Both the position numbers and the translations under genes were made by a program. A DNA stretch of 64,000 nucleotides from NCBI GenBank assembly GCA_965112155.1, contig OZ218107.1; one strand, 5' to 3'. This stretch comes from Podarcis liolepis (Eukaryota). Every line of letters starts with the position of its first letter. Within the stretch, counting starts at the first letter, position 1. This document shows, in pieces, positions 10,324 to 22,841 of the stretch. The notes under the pieces were generated by a model. The model was not told the DNA's origin. It was given only the letters and a program-made list of their open reading frames with translations, and ran no database searches.

Positions 10324-13300
10324 TTTATATCCCGCCCTCCCCAGCTGAAGCCGGGCTCAGGGCGGCTAACAACAATCAATCCAACATTCTAAAAACATAT
10401 CATTCTAAAAATTAATTAAAATCAAATTGATAATAAATAATTGAGATAATTGTGATATCTGTAGTTGGGGAGAAAAGGGGTTCTATATTTACTTGTGAGA
10501 GTGAAGTTCTAGAGAACTATTTTGAGTATGCTTAGAAATATAGCACTCATAAGTCAGTTATAGTAGTTCAACTAAACTGAGACCTTGTAAAGGGCTTGGG
10601 CCCTTTATTACCTGAAATGGTAATTTTCCTTTTGTTCGCTCTTTAAACTCTTTTATTACACACACATACTCCATATAGACATGAATAATAAATGCAAGGC
10701 TGTACTACACCAAACAATTTGTCATCAAATATAAATATAAATATAAATTTCTCAGGACACAAAATAACCCTGTTAAATAGAATTTATATTCTCATTTTGT
10801 TCTTTTATTAATGTAGTCGTGATCATATTTTCTTAATCATTCTGAAACAGAATACATACTAAGAAGTTTCCATTCAGAAGAAACCAAAATTATTGCTGCT
10901 AATAAAAGATTGTGAATCAGTAATTTGCTTCAAATATAATTATATTCTTTTAAGACCTCCAGTAAAATAATTTCCATTGGAATATCCTTGTAAGTCCTTT
11001 GCATCAAAAACAAAGAATCCTATGATGCTTTTAAAAATAACAAGCTTTTTATAGCCTAAACTTTCATGGACTAAAGTTCATTTTGTCAGATGTATGAAGT
11101 ATTATCCTGAGATAGGTATATATAATGAACCACTGTTGGCTGCTAATGATTAAAATTAAAATGTTGCTCTTCCAGGTGTCTCAAATTTTGTGAGGGTTGG
11201 AAAGCATAGCTTTGTTCTCTTGTTTAATTTCTAAGCTTTCATGACACAGTATCCTAATGTTCCCACAAAGATCAATCCATGTATTTAACTCCCCCCAAAA
11301 AACATTCTTAGTGAGTTGAGGAGGAAAGGTTTTTCTTTTGAAGTGATATCCAGTTATGTCCACTTATTTACAAACTTCTGTGAGTAGAAGAGGATTTCCC
11401 CTTCCCATTGTAGTCTCTGCATGCTCAAGTTTGCTCTGGAGGGTTGGAGAGCTTTTCAGAACAGATTTGGGATCTAAAGTGTGCTGTGGATGACAGAAAG
11501 CTGCATCACATGAGTAGAAGGCTGTTTGTTTGATGTTGGATATCACTCAGGTTGCCTATGATCTTTAAGGAAACTTCATTATGGTATAAAACCAAACTTT
11601 ATACACTATTTATGCATTTAGTTCCTTCCTTTGCTAATTCTTTGTGTTTGAATGGAATCTTGGTAGTTTTAAGGGAGAAATCCTGGAGGTATTTCAGATT
11701 GTGATGGATATTTATAGGGAGAGTATTTATATTTGGAAGCAAAAATATGATTGTGATGAGACATGTTGTAAGGTTCACACACACTAATGTTGCAATAGGA
11801 AGGGGATTTAAGGCTGCAATCCCATAACCGTTTACCAGAAGGTATAAGTTTAGACAAGTGGAGCTTACCTTGGAGTATATATGAATAGGATTGTACTGAA
11901 ACTGGAATAATAGTCTAATGCAATCTAACAGTGAGATCTTTAGGATAAGTCATTTCCGTTGTAGTAAAGTTGGAAACATTAGCTTATTACCTTCTCTCCC
12001 CTTCTCCCACCCCCAAAAAAGATTCTCCAGGGCAGCTTTGTGGATTGGGACCACTTCCTTCATGATCCTAGTTCTTCCTGTTGTTTTTGAAACTGAGAAA
12101 CTGCAAATGGAGCAGCAACAGCAGATGCAACAGCGACAGGTGAGAACTGAATTACAGCATTTTTTGGCCTATTAAGTCTGTGATTCTCATCCTTTTCAGA
12201 ATGTTCCTCCTTTTATCTGTGAATCTTCCTCCACCACACAGTACATTTAATTCCTGAATCTTTGCATAATTACCTGTCTCAAAGCATCTAGTGGATCAGT
12301 TTCACTGTATTTGATTCCTTTCTTCATCTATATCTTTTTGTGCACGTTTGCTCATGTAGCATATACCTTTGCTATATGATGAAATAATAGCCCCCCTCAT
12401 TTACTGCATGACCTCTTTCACTTTTTTTCTCCTGATGAATCACTTCCCGCAGTGTCTTTTACAGGCATTCCATCATCCTAACACTTTCCTGTCACCCCAG
12501 CTGCTGATGCAAGATGGGGTAGATTTCTGCATAGTCTCTTCCTTTCTATGTTAATTCTAGCTTTGTACTGGCCATAATTGCACCGAACCAGCTAAAAGAG
12601 TACAAAACATCACATTCCCAGATTTGGCTGGGGTATTTCCTATTTTGTGACTTCAGAAGCACATCGGCTGATGGTTGTGTCCGCTCACAGCAAAACTTCT
12701 GAGTGATGACATTGGACTGGCCTTATTAGTAACAATGTGTTCCTTTATTTACAAATAACACTTGCCCTACTTTTCTTATTAGCATGAAATTATGACTGGT
12801 TAGTTTTCTTCCTTTACTATGTCTGCAAAAGTTACACTTTTTAAAGCTGCATATCACCCTTGATATAAGAGAACCTCTTTGGTCACCTGACGGGGGGGGG
12901 GGTATTGAAATATTAGAATTGCAAAATACCTGACACTTCTCACACCGCCTGAATGACCATGTCAGACGCAGCTAATACTGTGTTTTCAACTACCTTACAC
13001 TTCATTCACTTAATTTTATCAGGGCAGTTTTTTCCACTTATATGAAAGTAGAAATCTATTACAGTGGTACCTCTGGTTGCAGACATGATCAGTTCCGGGG
13101 TGCCGTTTGCACCCCGAAAAGTCCGCAACTAGAGCGCCTCTTCTGCACATGTGCATGGCACGATCAAGCACTTCTGTGCATGTGCAAAGCACAATCGCTT
13201 TTGCGCATAGTGCGCAGAACGCTTCTACGTGTGCACGCACAGCGAAACACTTCCGGGTTTGCCACGTTTGCAAGCTGAAAAGACGCAACATGAACCTAAC

Positions 13301-13638
13301 GAAACACAAGGTATGACTGTATTGTAACACAGCCTTGTATTTAAGTAATGGAATGCCACACCAGCAACAGCATGGTTTTAAGAAGAGACTGCTAATATTC
13401 CAGAATGGTAGGAAATGCTGTGTTCCCTTTTTTTAAGTTTTACAAAAGATCTGGAGGGTTATTCACCAGAAGGTGAAAATCCTTCCTCCAGTAGGCTGCT
13501 AAGTAGTTAAAATGCTGCTCTTGCTTTTGAAGCATTTGTAAACTTTTTCACATTTCTTAACAGATTTTATTAGGACCAAACACAGGATTGTCTGGAGGGA
13601 TGCCAGGTGCTCTGCCGTCTCTTCCTGGAAAGATTTAA
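8989..13638 (+). CDS. TOMM22: Mitochondrial import receptor subunit TOM22; join(8989..9093,9592..9710,12022..12139,13564..13638), 138 aa
   Basis: MAAAMPLSPEDLLLPK...EDDDDE-LDETLAERLWGLTEMFPE...KMYR-FSRAALWIGTTSFMILVLPVVFETEK...-ILLGPNTGLSGGMPGALPSLPGKI* matches vertebrate TOM22. Confidence 0.97.
9592..9710 (+). CDS. TOMM22: TOMM22 exon 2
   Basis: ttgcag|LDETLAERLWGLTEMFPESVRSAAGATFGVSLSVAQKMY(R)|gtgagg. Confidence 0.95.
9663..9895 (+). repeat. 109-bp tandem duplication (9663-9771 / 9787-9895) of TOMM22 exon-2 end and donor
   Basis: Direct alignment with 5 mismatches; 15-nt spacer tcagataccttacca. Confidence 0.95.
10275..10435 (-). mobile_element. (AAT)n microsatellite plus short L2-type 3' tail fragment
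   Basis: (AAT)~16 followed by tttatatcccgccc...gggcggct, resembling the 3' end of the L2 at 7590-7650. Confidence 0.65.
12022..12139 (+). CDS. TOMM22: TOMM22 exon 3 (transmembrane segment)
   Basis: FSRAALWIGTTSFMILVLPVVFETEKLQMEQQQQMQQRQ|gtgaga; acceptor aaaaaag is atypical. Confidence 0.92.
13062..13319. mobile_element. Tigger-like MITE, family B copy 1
   Basis: TA TSD; imperfect TIR CAGTGGTACCTC ... AAGGTATGACTG; homologous to 36887-37112. Confidence 0.82.
13564..13638 (+). CDS. TOMM22: TOMM22 exon 4
   Basis: ttaacag|ILLGPNTGLSGGMPGALPSLPGKI-TAA. Confidence 0.96.
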   Translation: MLLGPNTGLSGGMPGALPSLPGKI

Positions 13639-14185
13639 TGAAGCTACACTGGACCCATATCGTGGAATGAAATATTGAAATCATTTGTTTGAACTGTTTG
13701 ATTAGGCCAGCGTTTTTTTCTCATAACCTTGGGATATTAACTATTCTTAATGAAGGCAGAACCCCTATCTGGATCTCCTGCAATCTTTAGGCAGTCATGA
13801 CTTTTCCATCCATTCAAGCAACATTATAGGTAACTATGGAGACTTTGGAAGCTTCTGTTTTGGTAGCCTTACCTCCAGGAAACCACCTCAGGACATGTCA
13901 TATTTGGTCAACTTTAACCTGTAATTGTCAGTGTAAATAGCCCTGCGTTCTTCTCCAACTGCATTTCAGAGCAGTAACAGCAAGAAATGGAGTAAATATG
14001 CCAGAATGTGCCGCATATAGAAGAACCTAGAATGCACTTGACTCTATGCAGTGAGCTCTTACTTGAAAGATATTTGCCCTACAATGTTACATATTTGAAA
14101 AATAAGGGAAGCAGGAAGAGTCATTTTTGCCAAGTCTTATCTGTGCTGAATCTATTAGTATCAAAGTTAGCTAGAGCACTTTTGT

Positions 14186-14191
14186 ATTAAA
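14186..14191 (+). terminator. Candidate TOMM22 polyA signal (ATTAAA)
   Basis: ATTAAA about 550 nt after the stop codon, with a U-rich downstream tract. Confidence 0.45.
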
Positions 14192-14406
14192 GTTTCAGTG
14201 CAAACATGGAAGTATTTTCTTTATTATCTCAGGCTTTACATACATTATGCTTGCTAACAGCAGGATACTAAAACTTACCAATTGCGTGTCAACCCTTAGC
14301 TTTACATGCTTGTGTTCGGTAGTAATGGCAGGGAGGGACCCTCTCTGATGGAGAGTAGCTGGGCAATAAGTTCTTCTTAGGCTATACAGCTTCATACCAA
14401 TATGTG

Positions 14407-14412
14407 TTTATT
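14407..14412 (-). terminator. Candidate JOSD1 polyA signal (AATAAA on minus strand)
   Basis: tttatt on plus strand; UGUAUAUA (Pumilio element/CFIm UGUA) just upstream in the transcript at 14422-14429. Confidence 0.5.
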
Positions 14413-16752
14413 TTTTTCCTTTATATACATTATTACAATACAATTCAGTTCAACACACAGAAGTGACAGGACACAGGAAGGCTTTTTCATGTTTAATATT
14501 TGGTTAAACAAAATACATCTCTGTAAACAAACCCAAGACAAGGCTATAACAAAACCAAACAAGCAGGAAAACAATTAAGGGCTTCTTCATTCCCAAGCAA
14601 TGGGAATGGGCTGATTCCTTTCCTCTGCTGCCATAACTCTGGTCCAGAGGGGTGGGTGATCACATGTTCCCTTTTCCTGAGCTGCTGAATCACACCACTT
14701 TTTCCCTAAGGACAGAACAATGGCATAAATACACACAGACGGAAAGAAACAGCTGTATGCTTTAAAAGATATTTGCATATTGTGCACTGGTCCATTGGCT
14801 TCCATGCAAACGGGGTCTCTCCAAAGTGCTATTATTTAGCCAGCAGATAAAATAACGTCTTTGAGATTTTTTTTATTTTTTTGGGGTGGGGGATGGCTTC
14901 AAGTCAGAAGCAGAACTGCAAGCCTGATGTTCTGCTTGTGAAGTGTGTGCATGTGTGTACAAATTCTGCTAGCTGGCTTTGGTTATTGGAATGTGTAGTC
15001 CAGAAGAAAGGGGAGGGCTTTTGTAAAAATAGAAGTAATTAGGCTAGGACTGTAATACATGCAGAGAATAGCCAACACAAGTTCCCAGTATATTGCCTGC
15101 AAGGTGTCCAGAGGTCAATAAACAAGATGTTGAATACCATTCACACTGCATTCAACTGTGAAGGGCTTGGAATGCTGGCTTAGAAAGCATGTATCTTGCT
15201 CATGCTTAGAATGGACAGGTCAAATTCCAAGGATGTAAGGGGTTGGTTTCAGCCCTCCTTAACCATTACATTTTCCTATAGAATGAAACTAAAAAAGTGG
15301 GTTCTACTTCCACTGTTCCAGTACTACTGAAAATGAAGCTGGCAAAAAGCATTAATAATGAAAAATGCAACAATAGAATAAACGGGGTTCAAGGAGAAGT
15401 CAATCGAGTGAAAGGCCACCTTCTCCATTTCACCTACTAACTAGCACAAAGAAGTGATGTGAAACACCTGAATCAGATCAGAAGGAAAACTAATTCAGTC
15501 TCCTGCCAGGGTCTTTAGCTCGTTCACTTAGTTGGTGAGGAGAGAAGAGTTAAATTCAGGAGGGTCACCTGCCAATCATAATGGAAGAATGTGGCTCAGC
15601 CTACCTGTTGTAAACAGTCTTCCCTCATCCCCAGCAAACTTGCTTAAACATTCTCAACCCCAACAACTGACAGCTGCTATACAAGAGCAACAGAAATCTA
15701 GCCCTTTGATCTTGTTTCCCATAATTCCACTTGGAAATCAACATTTGCTCCATTTCCAGCTTCCTACCTTGCTGAAACTTGGTTACTCTTCCCTTTTGTT
15801 TCATGATTTCATCCTCAAAACAGCCTGTAGTTTTATTCCCTGCTCAGTGAATATTTCCCTGAATTACAGGACAGACAGATAAGAAAAATAAACACAGGCT
15901 ACATGTGGACCACCTAACAAAAATACTTGAGGCTTTTAAATAAGCATCAATTTAGCTACCACTTTTCCAAACTATTCAGTCTTTCATTTTCAGACCACAC
16001 TTAAAAAAGAGCATGAGACAGGAAAACTCCTGTAAGGAGTTCCATTATTATGGTCCCATTTTGTCTACATCTCCCCTAACTCTTGGCACAATTACTATTA
16101 CAAAAGGGGAATCCACAAGCACCATACCTTTGCTAAGAGTATCTAGAGTTTCCTGAGAGACCCAAATGGTTTGCAAATTTCTTCAACATGAGTTTGGTGT
16201 TGGAGACAAAGGACACACATAATGAAGAGTATGGAGGCAGGAAAAGCCCAAAACTCCTGTAGGGAGTTCCACAATGAGGGTTAGAGGGAGGCAGGCATGG
16301 CTTTGGGGGCGGGGAGAATATGCCTGGCCCCAGCCCTACCCTGAAGGAGACACACACTAGCCAAACAGTAGCTATAGGAACTCCTGGAGACAGTTGTGTG
16401 TAACCCAGTATGAAGTCCTTCTAAGACCGGGGGGAGGGGGAGCAGGAAATTTAAGGGGAGTATTCCAACACCCATTTCTAAATGAAAGTATGCATTATAA
16501 TTAAAGAGCACAGATCTGGTTCTGTTACGTCCACCTCCTTCTCTTCCCCTACTACATGTCCAGCTTCTGTTCTTCATGTTGGCTCCGACAATACCTTGTG
16601 GTTGCCTTATGGCCTCATAATGGCGGGGGAGGGGGAAATGCCAAAGTTCCAGGGAAGAGGAGAAGAGTGCTCATTATCCACATCACAGGACATTAGAAAT
16701 TGGTGGAGGGAGAAGGACCAGTATTGTAGTGCGAGGGCAGGGTAGTTGCAGG

Positions 16753-16852
16753 TCATGCATCCGCTTTCCAACTCTGATGTGCTTCCACCTCTTCAGGCAC
16801 CACTAGAAGAAGTTCACAGTTCTTTCCTCGCAGCTGGTGTCTCAAAAACTTC
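16753..16852 (-). CDS. JOSD1: JOSD1 last coding exon
   Basis: ctacag|[35 protein letters not shown]. Confidence 0.96.
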
Positions 16853-19800
16853 CTGTAGCAGTTAAAGGCGGGTAGGGGGAAAATAAAGCACAGTTCAAAT
16901 GCAATCTTTTTGTTGAGTGTAATTTTTGGTATGCACCTACATTCTGACATTTAAATAGCTTTAAGAACTTGCAGGTCAGCCATGATTTCATCTTATTGGT
17001 TTTCTTCAGCTGGAACTGCAGAGATCTTAGAACTTTCTTTAAAAAATCTTACTGTTCAAAAGACAGTAACACCCTTTAACAAACTTTGTTTTAAAAGTCT
17101 ATGAAGAAAATGGAAGGTGAGCCTTGAGCCTTACTATGAATTAAGTATTAAATAAACTAAAAAGAGAAAAAACGAGTGTGTGTGTGTATGCTTCTGGTTG
17201 TACCTGCCAGTCGAATGCAGCCCCCAACATCTTTCCACCAGGGTAATGTTGCCCTTGCCCTGAAAATGGGTTCCTATTACTAAATAACGTCAAATGCCTA
17301 CTTATGAATCTGCGTTAATTCTAAGTGAAGGATAAGGACAAAGTCTAGGCTTTTTTTTTCATTCTTCACCATTGTTGGTACACTTTACTCCCTTCATCTC
17401 TGGGAGATTAAAACCAATCTACACTACGGATTATGCACTTCAATTCACAATATGTTCAGAGGATGGGCACCTAGGTTATACTGGCTAGGATGGAAGAAAA
17501 CCTACCTGAGCTCACTTTCACCTCCAATGGATTCAGGCACCTTGAGTTTAGAGTCAAGGTTATAGTAGATACCTCCCACTTCTCGGACACAGATCCAATG
17601 TTGCCGTTTAAGAGGAAGTTTCAATGGACCCCAGCAGAGGCTTGATGGCAGATTCATAATGAAGCCCATCACATTGGAGAGGGCAATTACACTGACATCC
17701 CTGAACGGAGAATAATAGAAGAAAGAAACTGTTAGGCACTTACAGTTATTTATAAACCCAACTAGGAAGAAGCCAGTTCCAATGATGGCAAGTCTCTCTT
17801 GACAGTCTGGTTCTCTTTACCTGCGCTTATCCCACCAAACTGCTTCATAACCTTTGGTCTGAAGAGCTGCCATGATGACGTTCACATCATAGTTCCCGTT
17901 TCCCAGCATGCTTTTCTTGTGGGGTGTCACCATGGTGTTGGGAGACAACCTGAACATGAAAACACATTGTAGAAACATGAAGATAGGATTGGTCCCAAGT
18001 GGATGATGAAGCAAGGCTGACCATTTGGGGAAAGATAGCTGAAGATGGACAAAAAGGTTAATAAGTTAAGTCCACTACTCTGTCTGTGCATTTGTAAGGA
18101 AGAGATAGGTGCTGGCATGGACAGGGAGTGGGGAAGTGCATTAAGTGTTCTCAAAGTAAACCTATTGTTTTTCTGACACCGGATTTATATCCCTCAAAAA
18201 AGAAAATGAAAGTCATTGCTAACATATAGAAGATTACAATGAACCATTATAGAACCTACAATAAAAGACAGCAAAGTTTCAAAGAGTGAGAAGAATAAAC
18301 TTTCACAACACTAAACCTGACTGGACCCTGATAGAGACTTCATCCAAAACAAGAATTACAGTACAATGATTTCTACACTTTTGAAAAACTGGTAAAATTC
18401 TTGATTTTACAGTGGCAGATACCTCTCTGTCTTGAAAGAGCATGACACTCCTGTAAGATTCAAACATCAACTATTGTCTGAACAAAGCCAAGTAGGTCAT
18501 GCTGGTTTCAATCACATGAACAAGCTATGTGTGGTATCCCAACAAGCTCAATCTGTAATTATGACTGGCATCTGGAAATGAGCAATCCTCAGACATTTAC
18601 CATGAAATGATCTCTCTACAGCCAAATGACATTTGTTCATCCATAATTGCTCTGGAGGAATGAAGGGCACCTTGTCCTTTCCGCTAAAGGTTAACAACAG
18701 ACAGTGCCACTTTTTAAATAGGCAAGGAAGATCTGCTTTGATCCATTTCACATGCTCATGGTAACCAATACAACAGTCTATGATCTAAGACAGTAAAGAA
18801 AGCAGGCAAAGATGTATTTAACAAATTTGGACTGCATAGGGCCACTTTGCTCTGGTGTGTGATAGGCAAGTTTTGTGGGTTCGTTAATTACAGCCATAAT
18901 CCTTCAACAATTACATTTGTAAAGACCTAAGCCACGGAATCCTTCGTCAGGAACCTAGGCGTTAAGAACTTTTCTAAATGTTCCTGAACATTTACACAAA
19001 CTTCACTTTTCAGTTCCAATAACTTCAAGATAGAAACTCAAGGGAATCCACTTAAATGTACCGTGTCTTAAATTAAGCCTCCCAAGAGTCTCAAGGAATA
19101 TGGAGAACTCCCAGAAGAACAAGAAAACACTACATAAACAACACAGGAACTATTGCCTTGACTATATTACCTATTTTAATTTTCAACAAAAACTTCATAC
19201 CAGCTTTAAAATATATGCATGATCCTAGGCATTTTTACTCAAAAGAGGAAGACTATCCATAAAGAGAGATTGGGAGAATTCCAGTTTGCAAATGGCTGAG
19301 TAGCACATTTCTCAAAACATTTGTAGTAAATAAAGGATCAAGCATACACGCAAGGACTACCACCTATTTTTTCAGTTCCAAGCACTGTTTTCACGCTAGT
19401 TACTAACACACATGATACAGTAATGGGACCATATCAGCTACTGTTTAGTTGGATAGCAAAAGAAGATGCAGCAGAAGCAACTTGGGTGGTTGAATGGTAT
19501 GGTGCATGGAAGAGTTAAGGAGCAGGAGGACTTGTAGAAGACACTGGTTCCCAGAGAGCAGACAGAGAGATATGATGAAAGACTGGCAGATGTAGCCTGA
19601 GGGATGATGGTCCACCATACCCAGGACAGCAAGAATTGTATTTAACATCAGGAAATAAGTGTTCTCATGAGATCCCCTGGCTACATTTTGCCTGTGTGTC
19701 TTTTTAATTACACATTAAAAAACCTATGCAAAGCGCAGCTCTAAGAGGATTTTGTTTCTGCTTCAAAAGCTGGTACGTACAGAGAGGCAGAACCCTGGAC

Positions 19801-20196
19801 AAAAAGGCAAACTTAGTGTCCTTAGTAAAATGTGTGGCGATTGATGAAACAAGAAACCATTCAGAATCAGTGTTAAAATTCTGGAAACTCTTCTTTTCCT
19901 TATCCAGAGTTTCTGAGGCATTAAATACAACTAAAGAAGTGAATGTGTGTACAGAAAACAAAACAACACCCCCCCCCTTAACATAATGCTGGCAAACCAA
20001 GTTCTTCTTACCTTTGAAAAATCTCCTGTAATGTGTCTCGGGTAAAGGCATTGCCATCCTGGAAGACATTATTGAGGGCATGGAGAGCACACAACTCCCT
20101 GCGCTGTTTTTCATGATAAATACGCACTGGCATCGGCTGTGGTGTTTCAGATGATTCTGATTTTATTTTGTCACCTTTCCATGGCACACAACTCAT
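16753..20196 (-). CDS. JOSD1: Josephin-1 deubiquitinase; complement join(20012..20196,17821..17949,17506..17700,16753..16852), 202 aa
   Basis: [10 protein letters not shown]...[21 protein letters not shown] (catalytic Cys) ...[15 protein letters not shown]...RQHWICVRE (His)...YYNLDSKL (Asp)...[10 protein letters not shown]. Confidence 0.97.
17506..17700 (-). CDS. JOSD1: JOSD1 coding exon 3
   Basis: [64 protein letters not shown](R). Confidence 0.96.
17821..17949 (-). CDS. JOSD1: JOSD1 coding exon 2
   Basis: [42 protein letters not shown](R); AG/GT flanks. Confidence 0.96.
20012..20196 (-). CDS. JOSD1: JOSD1 first coding exon (exon probably extends to acceptor at 20602)
   Basis: [61 protein letters not shown](R)|gtaaga. 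Confidence 0.95.
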
Positions 20197-21049
20197 TTTT
20201 TTTGTAGTGCAGGACGTGAAGATATGAGATGACAAAGTTTATAAAGTTTCTCCCCACCACACAAAAAGCAGAGCAAGCAGCCTTTCGTTTCTAGACAACT
20301 CCAGCCCACACAAGTGGAACACCTGCTGTTACTTTAATAGTTGTCTTCACTGGATGGCTGCAGAAATAACTTAAAGATTTTAATCATTTTTCTCCCACCC
20401 TCCCACCTCCTTTAGCCTGCAAGGAACCGTCCTTAGTATATTTGCATCTTTTTCTCGGCCTCCCCTTGAAAAATGTTTTATATGGCCTTAACATCAGAGT
20501 GTCAGATAGAATGTATCACATCGCTCTTTTTCCTCCATTTCCTTTGGTCAATGATGCTTCCAAGACAAAGATCCACAGCCTAACTTTTAAAATATGCTCA
20601 ATCTAACAACAATAACAAAAAAGGTGTGGGGGAAGACAAATATCATGTAATTAAGCAAGGCCAAGTTGGTGCTGTCCAGAAGGAATACAGGGCCCCCAGA
20701 GAGGCATCAACTGCATTTTTGCAATCTTGTCAGAGAGGCTGCGTCCCCAAAACACAGATGCAGAGAGACAGGGAAACAGACTGTTTCTTCCAGGTGGGGG
20801 TCCTCCAACTTCGCCAGGTACAAAATTCCTTGCCCAAGGCTTCTTGTGTTCCTGATGGGAGAAAAGAAGAGATCCAATGAAGCACAGAATTACCACTGCC
20901 CGGTTACCGACTTTTTAAAACAGCACTCCAGAAAAGGGTTTCCAGAACTGCTCTGCATAAACAAAACAAACAAAAAAAAGCCACGGAGGTGCAAGGAAGG
21001 CCTGCCTTATGAGATCCGGGGTTCCCCACATCCGGAAAGAAGGGTATTC

Positions 21050-21950
21050 CTTTGCCTCACAAGCACCCCCCCCAGCCCTCCTCGGCGTCGCGGAGGGTGC
21101 CAATATCCCGCCGTTAAGTGCGGGCAGGAGAAGCGCGTGCAGGAACTGCGAGTGGGGGGGGGGGGAGAGTAGGGAACGGGAGTTTGTGCTTGCAATCACA
21201 GCAATTCTGGCCTGTCCTGGGGAACCGCAGTCATGCAGTCAGGAGGCCCCTGTGCCCGCTCGGGGGGAGGGGGGCAGGTCCTTCTCTGGACTGTGGGGCG
21301 CGGGGGGGGGGAGGCGTTGAACTCGCCAACTCGGGAGAAGGGGGAACCGGAGAGTCTTTTGAGGGGAGAGGAAGAAGAAGGGACTGTCCAGGGTGACGTG
21401 TGGGAGAAAAGAGCTCTACTCAGGTGGGGGCCAACCCCACAGGCCCTCCCGCATTCTTGTTTTTTGGGGGGTGGGAGGGCACGGAACGCCTCTCTCCCTT
21501 CGCGACCCCTCGCCCCGTCCCCCCGTCACGCTGCTACTCACCCGTTAGCGGCCCCAACCTGCTGAAGCCCAACAACCACCCAGGAGCCAGCGCATGCGCA
21601 ACCATAACAGAGCCCTTCCCCGTCGCGCGCGCGTGTGTGTGTGTGTGAGCGCGCTGAGCCCGCCCCCGGCGCGGGCCTATGGAGCAGGGTTCCGCGTGAC
21701 GTCAGAGAAGGCGGCGATCGCTCTCTCCCTCCTCCCTTTCAGACGGCGCCGGAGACAATATCTTCTGAAATCTTAACCCTCGGCTGTGCGTGCGGCTTGA
21801 GCTGTGCCTTATTATAGGCAGTGCGGAGCTGTGGGGCTCAGGGTTGGGCATGACGCGCCAGGAGGAGGACCACGTGTTCACAATTCCTCCTCAAGCCTAT
21901 GAAGCCCGGCGCGGACGGTATTCTCTGCCAGGCGTCCTCTGAGCCCCGAC
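21050..21950 (-). promoter_or_regulatory. JOSD1 CpG-island promoter and probable non-coding exon 1 (donor after 21542)
   Basis: CpG-rich; NRF1-like GCGCATGCGCA 21590-21600; full CRE TGACGTCA 21697-21704; strong minus-strand donor GG|GTGAGT. Confidence 0.7.
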
Positions 21951-22526
21951 CCACTTCACAGGGGTGTTGTTAAGGACATAAAAGGCGGGTGTAGGCATTC
22001 CTAAGCCGCGTGGCGGGTGGGATAAAAATATAATTAACGATATGCCTGCCTTTGAGTCAGAGAGTCATGGTTTTAAATCACCGAGCCTCACCCGCTCCGT
22101 TTGGGTGCCTGACATTGGTAAACATTTCAATCGGTGCATACATCGTATACTGAATAGTTCGTAAACAGAGCTGTTCTTAAACCGAGGTACCACTATTTCA
22201 GGCAGCTTGCATGCATGACAGCCGCTGCTCGTTTGTGCTGGAGCAGCAAAGATCCTTCCCTACCCGACTGCAGTGATTCCCAAAATATTTCTCCACACCC
22301 CCCCCCCCACAACGCAGGACCACAGTTTGGGAGCCTCTGCGCTGCTGAATGGACCTTTTCTCAGGGATGAAGCTGAAGTAGCCTTGATTTTATTTATAAA
22401 CGAGAGTTATGTATTCAGTCTGTTGATGCGATTGTGCAGTATTTCAAATCAGAACTGGGAGCCAGTAACCAATGTTAGCCTCCCGCCTCTTGGTGCAGTC
22501 CCACCGCACATAATTGATCACAAGAC

Positions 22527-22582
22527 ATGGTGCATGTACACCATTTGAATGACAATGGTGCATGTACACCATTTGAATGACA
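22527..22582. repeat. 28-bp perfect tandem duplication
   Basis: atggtgcatgtacaccatttgaatgaca x2. Confidence 0.9.
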
Positions 22583-22841
22583 ATGCCCATCAACTGGGGG
22601 GGGGCAGCCCCCTCAAATATTTTATTGGGAGGCTGAAGACCCCAAGGGCCCCTAGGAGTTGGCTCCTATGGCTAGGACTGATTAGCATGTTAGTCCAACA
22701 TCACATGGGGGATGCCCAGTTGGGGAAGACCCACATACTTCCTCAACTATATGGGCTGTCTTTAAGATTTAAGGACCATAAAGAAGGCAAGCTTATATAG
22801 GTTACATATGCTGAATTTATGTATCACTATCTACTGAAATC

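Noticed and set aside
12501-12518. Possible 18-nt in-frame TOMM22 micro-exon (LLMQDG)
   Set aside because: Donor GG|GTAGAT is weak and there is no homology support.
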